From IMG/VR virus record IMGVR_UViG_3300050821_006280, positions 1 through 64,000 of that record: a stretch of 64,000 bases of DNA. One strand, given 5' to 3'. Under the pieces are notes generated by a model that was not told the origin of the DNA, did no database searches, and saw nothing but the letters and a program-made list of their open reading frames with translations. Every line of letters begins with the position of its first letter. The stretch's first letter is position 1. Shown piece after piece: positions 8,447-18,596 of this stretch. The translations under genes and the position numbers were made by a program. This DNA is from a virus.

Positions 8447-10690
8447 TTATGACACTACGAATGTCACGATATTGAACGCTAAGTTCTGCCCGATATCGGT
8501 ACCGCGTGTAGCGACCTGCGACGCATCAACTTGCAAGTTACCAACTTCATCGATCTGCAATGCACTCCCGGAAGTCACCAACGCTGGAGTGATCAGAATC
8601 CCTCTCGCGTCGTAGACCCCGGTACCAATCTTCGCCACTGGATCGCCTGGAACAATACTGATATTGACACTCGAAAGACCGTCGATCGTAGCAGTACTCG
8701 GTGTAACTGGCCCGTAAAGCTCATCGAGATAGAGCGTAGCTCCAAACGATCGACCCTTCATCACGTTTAGCACCGCTGCCTGAACCTGTGCCTTGACCGT
8801 ATCTATGACGAATCCTGTCAAGATGCCGATCTTTACGCTCAGCCATACCTGCACCAGCTGATCGTACGCTCCGACAACCTTAACAACTTGTGATACTTCT
8901 TTGTTTTGATCCAAGAATGACTGGAGCGACTTCATCAGACCGAATGTCGGCGGCACATAAAAGCCATCAGCATCCAGGGTGAGTACAGGTACCTCGACCA
9001 AATTGGCGCTACAGTCTGCTGACAAGAAGGCGTTGACATGATCGAAGATATTCTTGACGAATCCGCTGCCTAGCTGAATCGATCCGATATCAGCCACGAG
9101 CGTTCCAACTGATGCTGTCAGGTTATTTACTTGGGTCTCTGCGGCTGCCTCTTGCGTTAGAACGTCCGTTGCCTTTGCCGAGATAGACCCAGAAAAACCC
9201 GTTGCCTCTGCCGCCTTAGAAACAATAGAGCCATTCTGAGTGGCGATTGTCGACGGGTCCACCGCAGCAGCCCCAGTCTGGACGACAGTCACCTGCGCCG
9301 TCAGTGTTGCCCGAGTCGCCGCAGTCAATCCATCCGATACAGCCGTTGGGATTCCAGCAATGGCCGTTTGCAGAGCCGTGGCTGCGGTGTTGATCTGTCC
9401 CTGCCCCACCTGGATTTGAGAAATCGCGGTCTTGATCGTGCTGGTTGAGCCAGCAATTGCTGTGAGATCGGTATTCAACAAACCTAACAACGCTGTGATC
9501 CCCGTGGACGGATCGTTGATATCCGTTTTGATGTTGGCAAGAGGCCCTGCCAACAGAGATGCAGCTGTATTGTCGATGTTCCTCTCAAGGGTCTCTGTAT
9601 CGCTTGAGATCGAATTCAGCTGTGAATTCAAATATGCATCATCGCCGGCCGATTTGACCGTGATGGCATGAGCTACCGCAATTGCTCCTTGGGTACCATC
9701 ACGGAAGGTCCCAGCGCGAGACTGGTAATCCTCGGCCGTGATGTTGACTCCACGACTCTTGAAGAAAAGCGGCGCGTTCGCCTTGGCACTTGCAATACTT
9801 TCAGCGTCAGAGCCACCAACGCTAGAACTCGGGTTGTTGATAACCAAGCCGATGTTCTGGGTATTAACGACCAGAGGAGTATTGACAGACTGAATCGTGT
9901 TCGCCAGAACTTGGCCGTTGATACCAGTCGAGGCGAAGTACGTTATAACGACGGACGCATTCTGAGGAGGAATGTTTCCCGCAACGCCATCGCCGAACCT
10001 CAACGTTGGTGGCGAGTCGTTATATCCGATCTCGAATTGATTCGTTGCACCAAAAGACAGCAATTCACTTTCGGTCCACTTCACGCCATTGACAGTCACC
10101 GTTACCTGCGACTGACCATTTGATCCTGGACCAACAACAAACTTACCGACCGGGACGTTAGCGATCGGGAAAATCTGATTTGCCAAGCCATTCGACGTGA
10201 ACGTAGCTGATAGAGTCTGTCCCTCAGAGCAAGTAATACTTGCCGTTGAGTTTGTGAATTTCGGCCACGTATAGGCCTGCTGCGCCTCAAAGATCAAACC
10301 ATTCGGGCCTTTGAACTCAAATCCAATCGGAAGCGGAACATCGAATGGATACTGCTGCTGGAGAGAAACAGCCACCAGGACGCTAGAAGCGACCGCCGGT
10401 CCCATCTTGTACCCGATTTGGCGAGCTGCGCGGGCAACAGACTTCCTAGTGCGTGCAGTGGAAAGGAAGTTATCGGTCGCACGTCGATCAAGATAAAACG
10501 CCAAGGTATCGAGACCGAAGGCAAATAAATCTACCAGCATGATCCCAAGCGACGAAACAACGAAGTCGTTGTAAGACGCCGCATAGGTGATCTGCAAACG
10601 AGCAAGAATCTCGTCTTCGTAAGAATCGAAATCGAGCCCAGCGTACTGGACGCGGTTCAAATTCGCCCTGGAGACCGTAGTGTTAGCCAT
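8447..10690 (-). CDS. Baseplate wedge subunit (T4 gp6 / baseplate J-like)
   Basis: YAGLDFD, DNFLSTAR, LRFGDGVAGNIPP, GGSDAESI and ITAEDY motifs. Confidence 0.88.
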   Translation of the reverse strand: MANTTVSRANLNRVQYAGLDFDSYEDEILARLQITYAASYNDFVVSSLGIMLVDLFAFGLDTLAFYLDRRATDNFLSTARTRKSVARAARQIGYKMGPAVASSVLVAVSLQQQYPFDVPLPIGFEFKGPNGLIFEAQQAYTWPKFTNSTASITCSEGQTLSATFTSNGLANQIFPIANVPVGKFVVGPGSNGQSQVTVTVNGVKWTESELLSFGATNQFEIGYNDSPPTLRFGDGVAGNIPPQNASVVITYFASTGINGQVLANTIQSVNTPLVVNTQNIGLVINNPSSSVGGSDAESIASAKANAPLFFKSRGVNITAEDYQSRAGTFRDGTQGAIAVAHAITVKSAGDDAYLNSQLNSISSDTETLERNIDNTAASLLAGPLANIKTDINDPSTGITALLGLLNTDLTAIAGSTSTIKTAISQIQVGQGQINTAATALQTAIAGIPTAVSDGLTAATRATLTAQVTVVQTGAAAVDPSTIATQNGSIVSKAAEATGFSGSISAKATDVLTQEAAAETQVNNLTASVGTLVADIGSIQLGSGFVKNIFDHVNAFLSADCSANLVEVPVLTLDADGFYVPPTFGLMKSLQSFLDQNKEVSQVVKVVGAYDQLVQVWLSVKIGILTGFVIDTVKAQVQAAVLNVMKGRSFGATLYLDELYGPVTPSTATIDGLSSVNISIVPGDPVAKIGTGVYDARGILITPALVTSGSALQIDEVGNLQVDASQVATRGTDIGQNLAFNIVTFVVS

Positions 10691-10693
10691 GCT

Positions 10694-11074
10694 CTATAGG
10701 CCTCCCACAAGTGCAACTGCCTGCGCAGTCTGGCTGGCGATGACTGTGTAATAGATCGTGATCAGAATCTGCCCTGGGGCAGTGATATCGTCACCGCTTT
10801 CGACCGTCACGGCATCCACCTGAATCCGCGGCTCCCACTTAGCCAAGGAGCTACGGACCTCTCGCTCTACCAGGCGCCTGAAATTGTCGTCGTTGTTCTC
10901 GAAGACGAACGAGAATGCGTCACATCCAAAGTCTGGTCGCATCACCCTAGACTTCTTCCCGGTACAAATGATCTGGATGATTGACGACATGATCGCATCG
11001 TCATCGAACGCTGGGTTTGGAAAGGCCTGTGTTCCGGCCTTAAAAGGGAACTGTATGCTGAATATCGTCGGCAT
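10694..11074 (-). CDS. GPW/gp25-family baseplate protein (sheath initiator)
   Basis: RVMRPDFGC...KWEPRI signature; start reassigned to ATG 11074. Confidence 0.9.
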   Translation of the reverse strand: MPTIFSIQFPFKAGTQAFPNPAFDDDAIMSSIIQIICTGKKSRVMRPDFGCDAFSFVFENNDDNFRRLVEREVRSSLAKWEPRIQVDAVTVESGDDITAPGQILITIYYTVIASQTAQAVALVGGL

Positions 11075-11078
11075 CGTA

Positions 11079-11543
11079 TTATTGCAATGTCCCTGGTGGA
11101 CCAAGGATTGGCGGGTATGTCACCACCACTGTCTTGGTCGCCAGATCCAAAGCATCCGCCAGCGTTTGGGCTGACTCTGCATAGGAGTTTGCCTGGATAG
11201 CTGATAGCTTTGCAACCGCAGGTGGAGTTATGATCGCGGTACACACCCCGCCAACGGCAGTCATCACCGGAGGAACAAGCCAGAACTGCATGACAGCCAA
11301 GCCGATCTGCTGGGATGCACCAGCCAGCGGTATCTGGTGATCCATTATCTGCTGAAGAACATTCTTGAGCTGCTGCATCTCAATCCCCTTGAGAAGTACA
11401 GGATCACCGTGTGGACCCTGTGCAGCTGTCGCATAAATCTGGTAAGCAGTTGCAATTCGCTGGGCAATCGCAGAACTACTATCGAGCGTTTGATTGAAAA
11501 TCTGAAGGATTTGGGCATAAAGCCCAGCGGATACAAGAGCCAT
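11079..11543 (-). CDS. Hypothetical protein (between spike and gp25)
   Basis: Abutting ORF within the operon. Confidence 0.6.
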   Translation of the reverse strand: MALVSAGLYAQILQIFNQTLDSSSAIAQRIATAYQIYATAAQGPHGDPVLLKGIEMQQLKNVLQQIMDHQIPLAGASQQIGLAVMQFWLVPPVMTAVGGVCTAIITPPAVAKLSAIQANSYAESAQTLADALDLATKTVVVTYPPILGPPGTLQ

Positions 11544-12224
11544 CTAGCTTGTCTCGGTATCGCTGCTTAGCGCATTCTGCGGAAGCGGGGTTAGAGGCTT
11601 CTGCGTCGGCCCATAAGCGTGTGGATGCGTATGGTTATCAAGCCAGTTTTTGACTTGCTTGCCGAGCAGCATTGGCTCGAAGGAGCCATCTTTACTGCCT
11701 ACGCTGATCTTATCCTTTGTAATCCGAACGATTTTTCCTGACTTCTGCTTCACCAGGATCGATTCTGATCCATTGGTGTCATCGATGATGATCTTGTTCC
11801 CTCCAGGAGTCACCCAGCCACGCTTTTTCGGAGCATTCTTTGGGGAGGGAGCAAGCTCGGAGTCGATGTCAGAACCGTGATACCACCCTCCCAGGTAACA
11901 TGCTGGCTCATTCGGGTCCCCATTATCGAAGAAGATCCAGACCGCATCACCCTTCTCTGGCGGAAAGAACTCGCCATGACCTGGTCCAGCTCCCGCGGCC
12001 ATGGGAAATAACCAGTGACCATTGTCCTTCAGCATGCGTGCACGCGGACATGAAACCGTGACCCTCCCAAGTCCAGCCGGATCTGCGTTGTCCTCGACGA
12101 TCGCGCGGTAGGGGCCATAGTACCTACGGAAATACTCCAGACCCAGTCTCTTCAGGTTCCCGGTAAATTCATCAAAATCAGACCCGAGCTTCCGAAGATG
12201 ATCCATTACTGCCTCAAACAGCAT
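11544..12224 (-). CDS. Baseplate central spike (gp5/gpV OB-fold)
   Basis: DNADPAGLGRV, PPEKGDAVWIFFDNGDPNEP; C-terminal HTHPH metal-binding tip motif. Confidence 0.88.
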   Translation of the reverse strand: MLFEAVMDHLRKLGSDFDEFTGNLKRLGLEYFRRYYGPYRAIVEDNADPAGLGRVTVSCPRARMLKDNGHWLFPMAAGAGPGHGEFFPPEKGDAVWIFFDNGDPNEPACYLGGWYHGSDIDSELAPSPKNAPKKRGWVTPGGNKIIIDDTNGSESILVKQKSGKIVRITKDKISVGSKDGSFEPMLLGKQVKNWLDNHTHPHAYGPTQKPLTPLPQNALSSDTETS

Positions 12225-12227
12225 CGG

Positions 12228-13730
12228 TCAGCCTCCCGGCAGGGTGGTCTTGCCAGTGGCGATCGGATCTATTTTGATCCTCGTTCCCTGGACCTGATTG
12301 CTTAACAAGCCAACACTTGGAGAAGGATCGATATTGGAGGCCTGGCCCTTTTGGGCAGTAGCCATGGCCATGACTTCAGGCAGGTAGTTGCCAATCGCCT
12401 TGAAGTGGCAAGAATACCCACCGATCCCTATGGTATGGATCACGTTCACCACGCCATAGTCTCCATTAAAGACCCCTCTACCATTGCTGCTGGCAGACTC
12501 CGTTCCAAGAACTGTGATTACTTCCCCAGGAACTAGGTCTGGAATTCCGACTGTCTCAACCTCGATATTGATCCCCTTCTTGTAGTTCTGGTTCTTGAAT
12601 TCTCCCCTGGCATACTCGATAGCCGCGGTCTCAGGATTGCCCGGGAAGTGGAGCCCGAAGTTCTGTGTCCTACCAAATGCCTTCTGGGTCTTGTCAACGG
12701 TTCCCTGTCCAGTCTGGTTGATTGGGTTTGACTGATCATCGATCGTCACCTTGTTAACCCCAGAGCTGTCAGGCCCTTTGCGATCTGCTGGAACATCCTG
12801 CTGGAGTACTTCGCCGATACCAGCTGAGAGCCATACAGCCGTCGTTGGAGACGATAGATCGAGGATCGGGAACAGCAGACTCTGCGGATCCATCCCTCCG
12901 CGCACCACGAAACGCTTGACTCCCTTGTTCGGCTGGTTCACGTACCAGTTGTTGCGGTCCTTTATCTGAACGTTCTTTCCGACCACATAGAGATCAAGTC
13001 CATAGTTCTTGCACTCTTCCTGGATAAACCACCAATCGTTCCGCGGACCGACTTCAATCGTGACCGGCGTCTGCACGTCGTTACCATTGCTATCCTTGAC
13101 CTTGACACTCTGCGGAGCTTGGAAGAATGGATGTTTCACTCCAGAATTTCTCGCCGACTGGCTCTTTGAAAGTCCGAAGTCCTTCCAGAGATCGTCAAGG
13201 ACGAACTCCGTATAGTCCTTCAATACAGTCTCAACCGCTTCTGCCGGCGACGTGCCAGCTGGAAACTGGCGCCCGTTGACGCTGTTGGCGGTGTCGAGGG
13301 CATACCCAACACCAAGAGCATTCAAGGTGATCGTGATATCGCTTCCGATTCTGACATCTGGCTTCTGGAGTAATCCTCCATATGTCAGCGTTCGTAAAGC
13401 AGCATTATTGCCGTTGAGTGGCGTAGTGTAACCGATGACAACCTCAAGCTGACCAATGCCCCACTGAACCAGCGGTGAGTTGATGATCTCTAGTGCGTCC
13501 TCGAACGGCGGTGTCATCGTCACAGAAACGCGCGAGTTACGCGCCATTCCGACTTCGATCTGTACTTCTGAAACGTAAGCCAAGTTCGCAAGTGCCTTCA
13601 GCTGACTCGGCAAAGCACTACCATTCGCAGAATCTGTCCAGAGATCGAATTCGCGTTGGCCGCCAATCTCCTTGCCTGCGAAGGTTTTGATCTTGCCTGC
13701 GATGTAACAACCAAATAGGTCTAGCGCCAT
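12228..13730 (-). CDS. Baseplate hub protein (gp27/gpD-like)
   Basis: VGIPDLVPGEVI...FNGDYGVVNVIHTI motif; precedes the spike gene. Confidence 0.78.
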   Translation of the reverse strand: MALDLFGCYIAGKIKTFAGKEIGGQREFDLWTDSANGSALPSQLKALANLAYVSEVQIEVGMARNSRVSVTMTPPFEDALEIINSPLVQWGIGQLEVVIGYTTPLNGNNAALRTLTYGGLLQKPDVRIGSDITITLNALGVGYALDTANSVNGRQFPAGTSPAEAVETVLKDYTEFVLDDLWKDFGLSKSQSARNSGVKHPFFQAPQSVKVKDSNGNDVQTPVTIEVGPRNDWWFIQEECKNYGLDLYVVGKNVQIKDRNNWYVNQPNKGVKRFVVRGGMDPQSLLFPILDLSSPTTAVWLSAGIGEVLQQDVPADRKGPDSSGVNKVTIDDQSNPINQTGQGTVDKTQKAFGRTQNFGLHFPGNPETAAIEYARGEFKNQNYKKGINIEVETVGIPDLVPGEVITVLGTESASSNGRGVFNGDYGVVNVIHTIGIGGYSCHFKAIGNYLPEVMAMATAQKGQASNIDPSPSVGLLSNQVQGTRIKIDPIATGKTTLPGG

Positions 13731-13733
13731 GGC

Positions 13734-14060
13734 TTAGGACTGCTGCTGGGTGGTGGGAGCCGGAAGGAACGAATTGATGATGAAATCAGGATCTGGAATC
13801 ACGATATCGTGATCGGCCTTGAGATCTGTTGGCAAAATCTCCATGCCGTTCGCCCACGCAATTACCCACCAGAAACCAGCATCGTTGTAATACTGGAATG
13901 CCAGGACATCGATTCGATCGCTTGAATCCACTCTATGTTTCAGATCGCCAGGACGAGCTACGAAATCTGGTAGATCGAGCGTATCCCAGAACTCAAACCC
14001 GCTGATACTAAGCAGCTGGTTGAACAGTAATCTAGAAACTGGGGAGATCCCAACTGACAT
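13734..14060 (-). CDS. LysM-like / gp53-like baseplate protein
   Basis: DRIDVLAFQYYND..FWWVIAWAN...IVIP. Confidence 0.8.
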   Translation of the reverse strand: MSVGISPVSRLLFNQLLSISGFEFWDTLDLPDFVARPGDLKHRVDSSDRIDVLAFQYYNDAGFWWVIAWANGMEILPTDLKADHDIVIPDPDFIINSFLPAPTTQQQS

Positions 14061-14069
14061 CTAATTCTC

Positions 14070-16517
14070 CTAATGACTACTGACGCCTGTCGTGTTTCTG
14101 CCACTGTCGCCAACTGATCCACCGCTCCTGCCACCACCGCCTCCTCCACTTTGAAGTCGGTTTGCGATCTGGTCGGGCAAGCTCTGGAGCGCCGACAGTT
14201 GGGCACGCTGAATGTCGTTGCTCTCTGTCGCCCATTCAGGATGGTGTGTGGCCTCGACGAGCGCCTTGGTAGTCTGTGAAGCCTTCGACATCGGAGTATC
14301 CGATCCAGCCGAATAACTAGCGACAGACGCTGGCTGAAGAGGCTCGGACGCATTGGGCAGAGACACAGTCGCCCCGCTTGATTGCAAGATCGTTCCTGGC
14401 TTCGGCAGCTGCCCCAGCAACTTCTCGTAGCCAAGATCGGGCGCGAGCTGCTTGAGCTGCTCGTACCGAAGATCCTGCATCTTCTTGTCATTGCTCCTGA
14501 GCGCTTCCCAGTAGTCGTGCTGGTACTTGTTCCAAGTTAATGACGATGCTCCCTTAGGATCATCCCCTGCGTGCTTCATGCTAAGGAAGTCGGGAGTGAT
14601 TGCATCCCAGAACGCATCCATTGCGGCATCAGCAAGCGCATGGAAAGCCTGCTTTGCGTAGGGGGTAACCATCTTCATCAGGCTATCGAAGCCACTCTTC
14701 ATCGCACTCGACGCTTGATCACCACCAAGATCCTTGTAGAGATCGCTCAGCAGCTTTGTCAGCCCATGCCACCAGATCGGGATATTCGTCCGCAGGTATT
14801 CCATGGTGTGATCCCACAGCTTCGTCATTGCCTCTTTAGGCGTATGAGCAGGATCATCCTTATACAAAGCATTGTAGAGAGCCATCAGCGCCTTGCTACC
14901 TGCGTCCTTCATCACAGGCCAAAGAACCTCGAAACCCCTGATCATGTCGTTAATGAACTCGCCGACACCCGCGCCAAACTTCGACATCTGGGTTTTCATA
15001 TTGTCGAACATGGAGGTCATCTCTTTGCCTCCACGGCCAGCCCTGACAAACAGCATGCCCAAGTTGACGACGCCAGCTCCCAATGGACCCATGTTCTTAG
15101 TGAGGGCCTGCGTAGCCAGCAATGACTTATCGAGGTGACCAAGAAACCCACCAAATCCGTGGTAATTGATCTCCTGGATCGCATCGAAGAATTTTCCGAT
15201 CCCCTTGTACTCGCCCTTCATTGCGGTGATGCTGCCCTCCATCACCTTGATCGAGCTACGAAGACTATCGTTGAAGGCGCTGTCATTGACCTTGCCTAGG
15301 TGTTTCAGCTTAGTCGCCATCTGATCTAGGATTCGCCCATACTCTTCCTGAGTACTGATGCCGCTCTTGAAGCCCTTGTTCAGAGCGTCAATTCCACCTG
15401 GACCACCGAGCCCGCCGGCACCAATCGCCTTTATTAGCTCCGTCGCCTTGTCGTGCATTGGCGTCATGCCATGCGTGATGAAGTCAGCAATAGCGGGGCT
15501 GGCCTCCTTCGAGATCTGCTGCGAGAAGCGACCGATTGCCTCTTGAAGCTTGTTCTTTGGAATGACCTTCTCAGCCTTCGTAAAGGCTTCATTGAGCTTC
15601 TGGGAAAACTCCAAAGGCGACTTCTGCAATAGCTCGAAGGCTTCCTGGACCCCGCCTCCCATGTTCTGGGCAAGAATGTCGGCCGCGGGTCCCAGATCCT
15701 GCGCCAGGCCATCATAGAGCGACTGGAAGTCATTCACGCCACCAACAACGACCTTCGTGAGTCCTTGGGCCAGGGACTGAGCTTCCTTCGCGCTATGACC
15801 TGCCTGCATGAACATGCCAGCCAAAGCAGTCCCGGACTCGATAAACATCTTGGTGCGCTCAGGACCCCACTGGGTGAAGAGACCCTGTCCCTCCTCCTGC
15901 ATCAGCTTGGTCATGTCGATCATGCCCTGCATCGACTCCGAGCCCATGTTGAACATGCGACCAACGTTGGCGGTCGTTTGGATCATCGACTTGAGTTGCT
16001 TGTCGTTTAATCCAACCTCTTTCCTCAAGTGACCAATGGTGGCAGCCATCTCAGCGCCATTCACATCAGCCACATCCATAATTTTGATGAACTTTGATAG
16101 ACTTCCAAATCCGATCTTGCCAACGTCAATGCCTTGTTGCTCCAAGGCCTTCATTGACTCTGCGATACTGTCAATCGGACGATTGAGGCTGTAGGCAAGA
16201 CCGCCAGCAGTCTTCTTTGCCTTCTCCAGGCTCATCGACATGTGCCCCATGCCGGCGAAGACCTTACTGGTCACAACGTCGTACCCGACCCATCTGGATT
16301 CAAGATCGGTGAGGTTGTTTTTCATGTCTCCCATCGCTTGGGAAACACTGTCGGCACGTGCGAAGCCCGTGAACATCTTCTTCGCACTGGTCATCGCGAT
16401 ATCTTTTACGGATCCAGCGAGACCGACAAATCCAGCCTTAACTGATCCGATTGTCTTCGACAGCCCGGTATCCCGGCCCGTGAAGTTGAAACCGACGCCC
16501 ATGTTATTCAGGGCCAC
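14070..16517 (-). CDS. Tail tape measure protein
   Basis: 815-aa helical A/G/M/K-rich ORF downstream of the tail chaperone; N-terminal GFNFTGRD. Confidence 0.8.
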   Translation of the reverse strand: MALNNMGVGFNFTGRDTGLSKTIGSVKAGFVGLAGSVKDIAMTSAKKMFTGFARADSVSQAMGDMKNNLTDLESRWVGYDVVTSKVFAGMGHMSMSLEKAKKTAGGLAYSLNRPIDSIAESMKALEQQGIDVGKIGFGSLSKFIKIMDVADVNGAEMAATIGHLRKEVGLNDKQLKSMIQTTANVGRMFNMGSESMQGMIDMTKLMQEEGQGLFTQWGPERTKMFIESGTALAGMFMQAGHSAKEAQSLAQGLTKVVVGGVNDFQSLYDGLAQDLGPAADILAQNMGGGVQEAFELLQKSPLEFSQKLNEAFTKAEKVIPKNKLQEAIGRFSQQISKEASPAIADFITHGMTPMHDKATELIKAIGAGGLGGPGGIDALNKGFKSGISTQEEYGRILDQMATKLKHLGKVNDSAFNDSLRSSIKVMEGSITAMKGEYKGIGKFFDAIQEINYHGFGGFLGHLDKSLLATQALTKNMGPLGAGVVNLGMLFVRAGRGGKEMTSMFDNMKTQMSKFGAGVGEFINDMIRGFEVLWPVMKDAGSKALMALYNALYKDDPAHTPKEAMTKLWDHTMEYLRTNIPIWWHGLTKLLSDLYKDLGGDQASSAMKSGFDSLMKMVTPYAKQAFHALADAAMDAFWDAITPDFLSMKHAGDDPKGASSLTWNKYQHDYWEALRSNDKKMQDLRYEQLKQLAPDLGYEKLLGQLPKPGTILQSSGATVSLPNASEPLQPASVASYSAGSDTPMSKASQTTKALVEATHHPEWATESNDIQRAQLSALQSLPDQIANRLQSGGGGGGRSGGSVGDSGRNTTGVSSH

Positions 16518-16551
16518 GTGGACAGCTCCTTTTCGCTCGGAAGCGTCGGCT

Positions 16552-17070
16552 CTACGCTACGTCGATTCCAATGATCGTGCTACCGGGGATGATCTGCGCA
16601 TACGCAAACCGACGAACGTTTCCGAGTTGCTTACGCCTGCACGTCACTGTTCGATGGCAGTTAGCACAAAGAAGATCGCATTTCGCAACCTCGTCCATAA
16701 CTTTGATCTTTAAAGCATCAAAAGATGGGAACTTCTTGGCAGGAAAATTAACCGCCTCCGAGACGTTGAACTCCTTGATACCTCGGACATGATCCCACTC
16801 AAATGCTTCCCAATCCCAGAACTCATTCGGAATGGACGGACAGCGCGAACACCCGCCTCTGCTTATTTTCAGTTCAAGCAGAAACTTTTTAATCGGAGTC
16901 CTTTTCTTCTCCTGCCTTAGCTGTCGCTTCTTGTATTCGCACTGACGGCATATCCTGGTCTTACGACAATTTCGTTTCCATATTTTAAGCGGATCAGCAG
17001 GACCAGTCATAAACAACGACTCGTCATTCTCACCGCAAATAGTACAGACCCTGGTCATCGACAACACCAT
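16552..17070 (-). CDS. HNH homing endonuclease
   Basis: CxxC pairs; FEWDHV...KCDLLCANCH motif; visibly more AT-rich than flanks. Confidence 0.82.
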   Translation of the reverse strand: MVLSMTRVCTICGENDESLFMTGPADPLKIWKRNCRKTRICRQCEYKKRQLRQEKKRTPIKKFLLELKISRGGCSRCPSIPNEFWDWEAFEWDHVRGIKEFNVSEAVNFPAKKFPSFDALKIKVMDEVAKCDLLCANCHRTVTCRRKQLGNVRRFAYAQIIPGSTIIGIDVA

Positions 17071-17106
17071 GTACGCAAGCGTTTGCGCAGATCGATCTTC
17101 ATCTTG

Positions 17107-17301
17107 CTACCGTCGACCCCGCAGCCTCTCTAAATGCTTCCTTCGTTCGTTCTCTAGATCGCCCTTCTGAAGCATCATTCGTAGTCGTCTCGATGACGGC
17201 ATTTCCATTAGATCTCGATACGACGAGCCCGGCCATACCTCCATCAGGTAGAAGATTTCTTGTTCCAGCGTTTCAATACTGCCAAAGGGTTGAAGAAACC
17301 C
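17107..17301 (-). CDS. -1 frameshift extension of tail assembly chaperone (gpGT-like)
   Basis: Open -1 frame PFGSIETLEQEIFYLMEVWPGSSYRDLMEMPSSRRLRMMLQK..., stop at 17107; heptamers G-GGT-TTC (17295-17301) and C-CCT-TTG (17283-17289) are in the correct phase. Confidence 0.8.
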   Translation of the reverse strand, partial: GFLQPFGSIETLEQEIFYLMEVWPGSSYRDLMEMPSSRRLRMMLQKGDLENERRKHLERLRGRR

Positions 17302-18032
17302 TCCTGGCTTGGATCTACATTCGCTTGATACTCAGCGGCACAGCTTGGACATTCCATGTCTATACTTGTATCGATACCCCCTTCGTTATCCTCCCAGGCA
17401 TCCCGAAGAAAGTTACGATCCATGAGTCCAAGCACCTTTAAATCTTCTAAGGTACATGGCTTGTCGTTCATGGAATCAATCCGAGCCAGCAACGAGGTTG
17501 AAATCCTATCCTTGCCCGATTGAAGTGCCCTTGCGATCGAATCCTCACCGCGACCTGTCAGTACCTTCATTAGGACTTTGTGACCAGACTTCGGCAGGAC
17601 AATCGGATAGGTTCGTCTCTTCGGATCCGGCATAGCCTTCACCTCCAGCTCCGAGAGATCGACCACGATCTTCTGCTCCTGGTCGCAATGTGGGCACTTG
17701 GAAATGAATGGCATATCGTTTCCTAGGCTCACTCGCCGAATCGCAAACATGATGAAGAAGCGATCACCCTGACAGAGGTCGGGAATGATCTTCTCCATTG
17801 CCGCCTCGCCTCGATAAGGCCCGATAGCGGCTGTACACGCGATCATGAGCCTATTGAGTCTCCTAAACGCCATCATGTTGGTGGCAGCTAAGATCTCCTC
17901 CTCTGGTCCAGTGATTTCACGAATCTCGACCTGAGTGTGAAGCTTTCCGTCTTGATCGATATAACCGCACGGCAGCTCGAAACCATCGACCGAAGACTTC
18001 GGGAGTTCCACTGCTGGGTTCACAGTCTCCAT
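17244..18032 (-). CDS. Tail assembly chaperone / baseplate hub assembly protein (gp26/gp51-like)
   Basis: FELPCGY, IREITGPEEEIL, two CPxC motifs, GFF near the C-terminus; lies between tube and tape measure. Confidence 0.8.
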   Translation of the reverse strand: METVNPAVELPKSSVDGFELPCGYIDQDGKLHTQVEIREITGPEEEILAATNMMAFRRLNRLMIACTAAIGPYRGEAAMEKIIPDLCQGDRFFIMFAIRRVSLGNDMPFISKCPHCDQEQKIVVDLSELEVKAMPDPKRRTYPIVLPKSGHKVLMKVLTGRGEDSIARALQSGKDRISTSLLARIDSMNDKPCTLEDLKVLGLMDRNFLRDAWEDNEGGIDTSIDMECPSCAAEYQANVDPSQEGFFNPLAVLKRWNKKSST

Positions 18033-18596
18033 CTAGTTGTCCTTGGTATATCCGTCGACTGCCATCAACAGAAGCGACTTGAGGGCATCCGTATAGGATA
18101 TCCCTCGATCGTTACACATGTTTTTGAATAATTCGTACTGATTTCCATCGACCCAACCGTTCACCTTCACGTCGGAACCGATGTCCTGCCAGAGCGCCAT
18201 ATCCTCGAACAGCTCCGGGCTCGCGATAAACGAGTTCATCATTCCCCTAACGACAGAGGAAACGCTCCCGTAGTTGGAACCGTTGCTCGCATAGTCCATC
18301 ACGACCTTGTGAAGCTTGGCGCTGATCAGAAAATTGATTGGTGTCTTGTTGTCGATTCGGGTTGGCAGAACGCGAGCACCTTCAGCAGCGATCCGACAAT
18401 CGCGGCATACTGTTACTCCGTTTTGAGTACGCAGCTTGCCTCCAACTTCAGGAGGAATGATGAAACAAGCAGTGACCTTTCCGACGTTTGTGCAATTGAC
18501 GCACTCGCCCTTGTCACGCTCGATTACTTTTTGCTTCCATTCCTCCAGCGTCTTTACGTCGGAGAGATGTCCAGCTCTGATCTGATCGGTCAACAC
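18033..18596 (-). CDS. Degenerate HNH Zn-finger fused to tandem ribbon-helix-helix-like domains
   Basis: WKQKVIERDKGECVNC...NGVTVCRDC with the catalytic His residues absent; two RHH-like units (PINFLISAKLH..., VKVNGWVDGNQY...). Confidence 0.6.
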   Translation of the reverse strand: MLTDQIRAGHLSDVKTLEEWKQKVIERDKGECVNCTNVGKVTACFIIPPEVGGKLRTQNGVTVCRDCRIAAEGARVLPTRIDNKTPINFLISAKLHKVVMDYASNGSNYGSVSSVVRGMMNSFIASPELFEDMALWQDIGSDVKVNGWVDGNQYELFKNMCNDRGISYTDALKSLLLMAVDGYTKDN

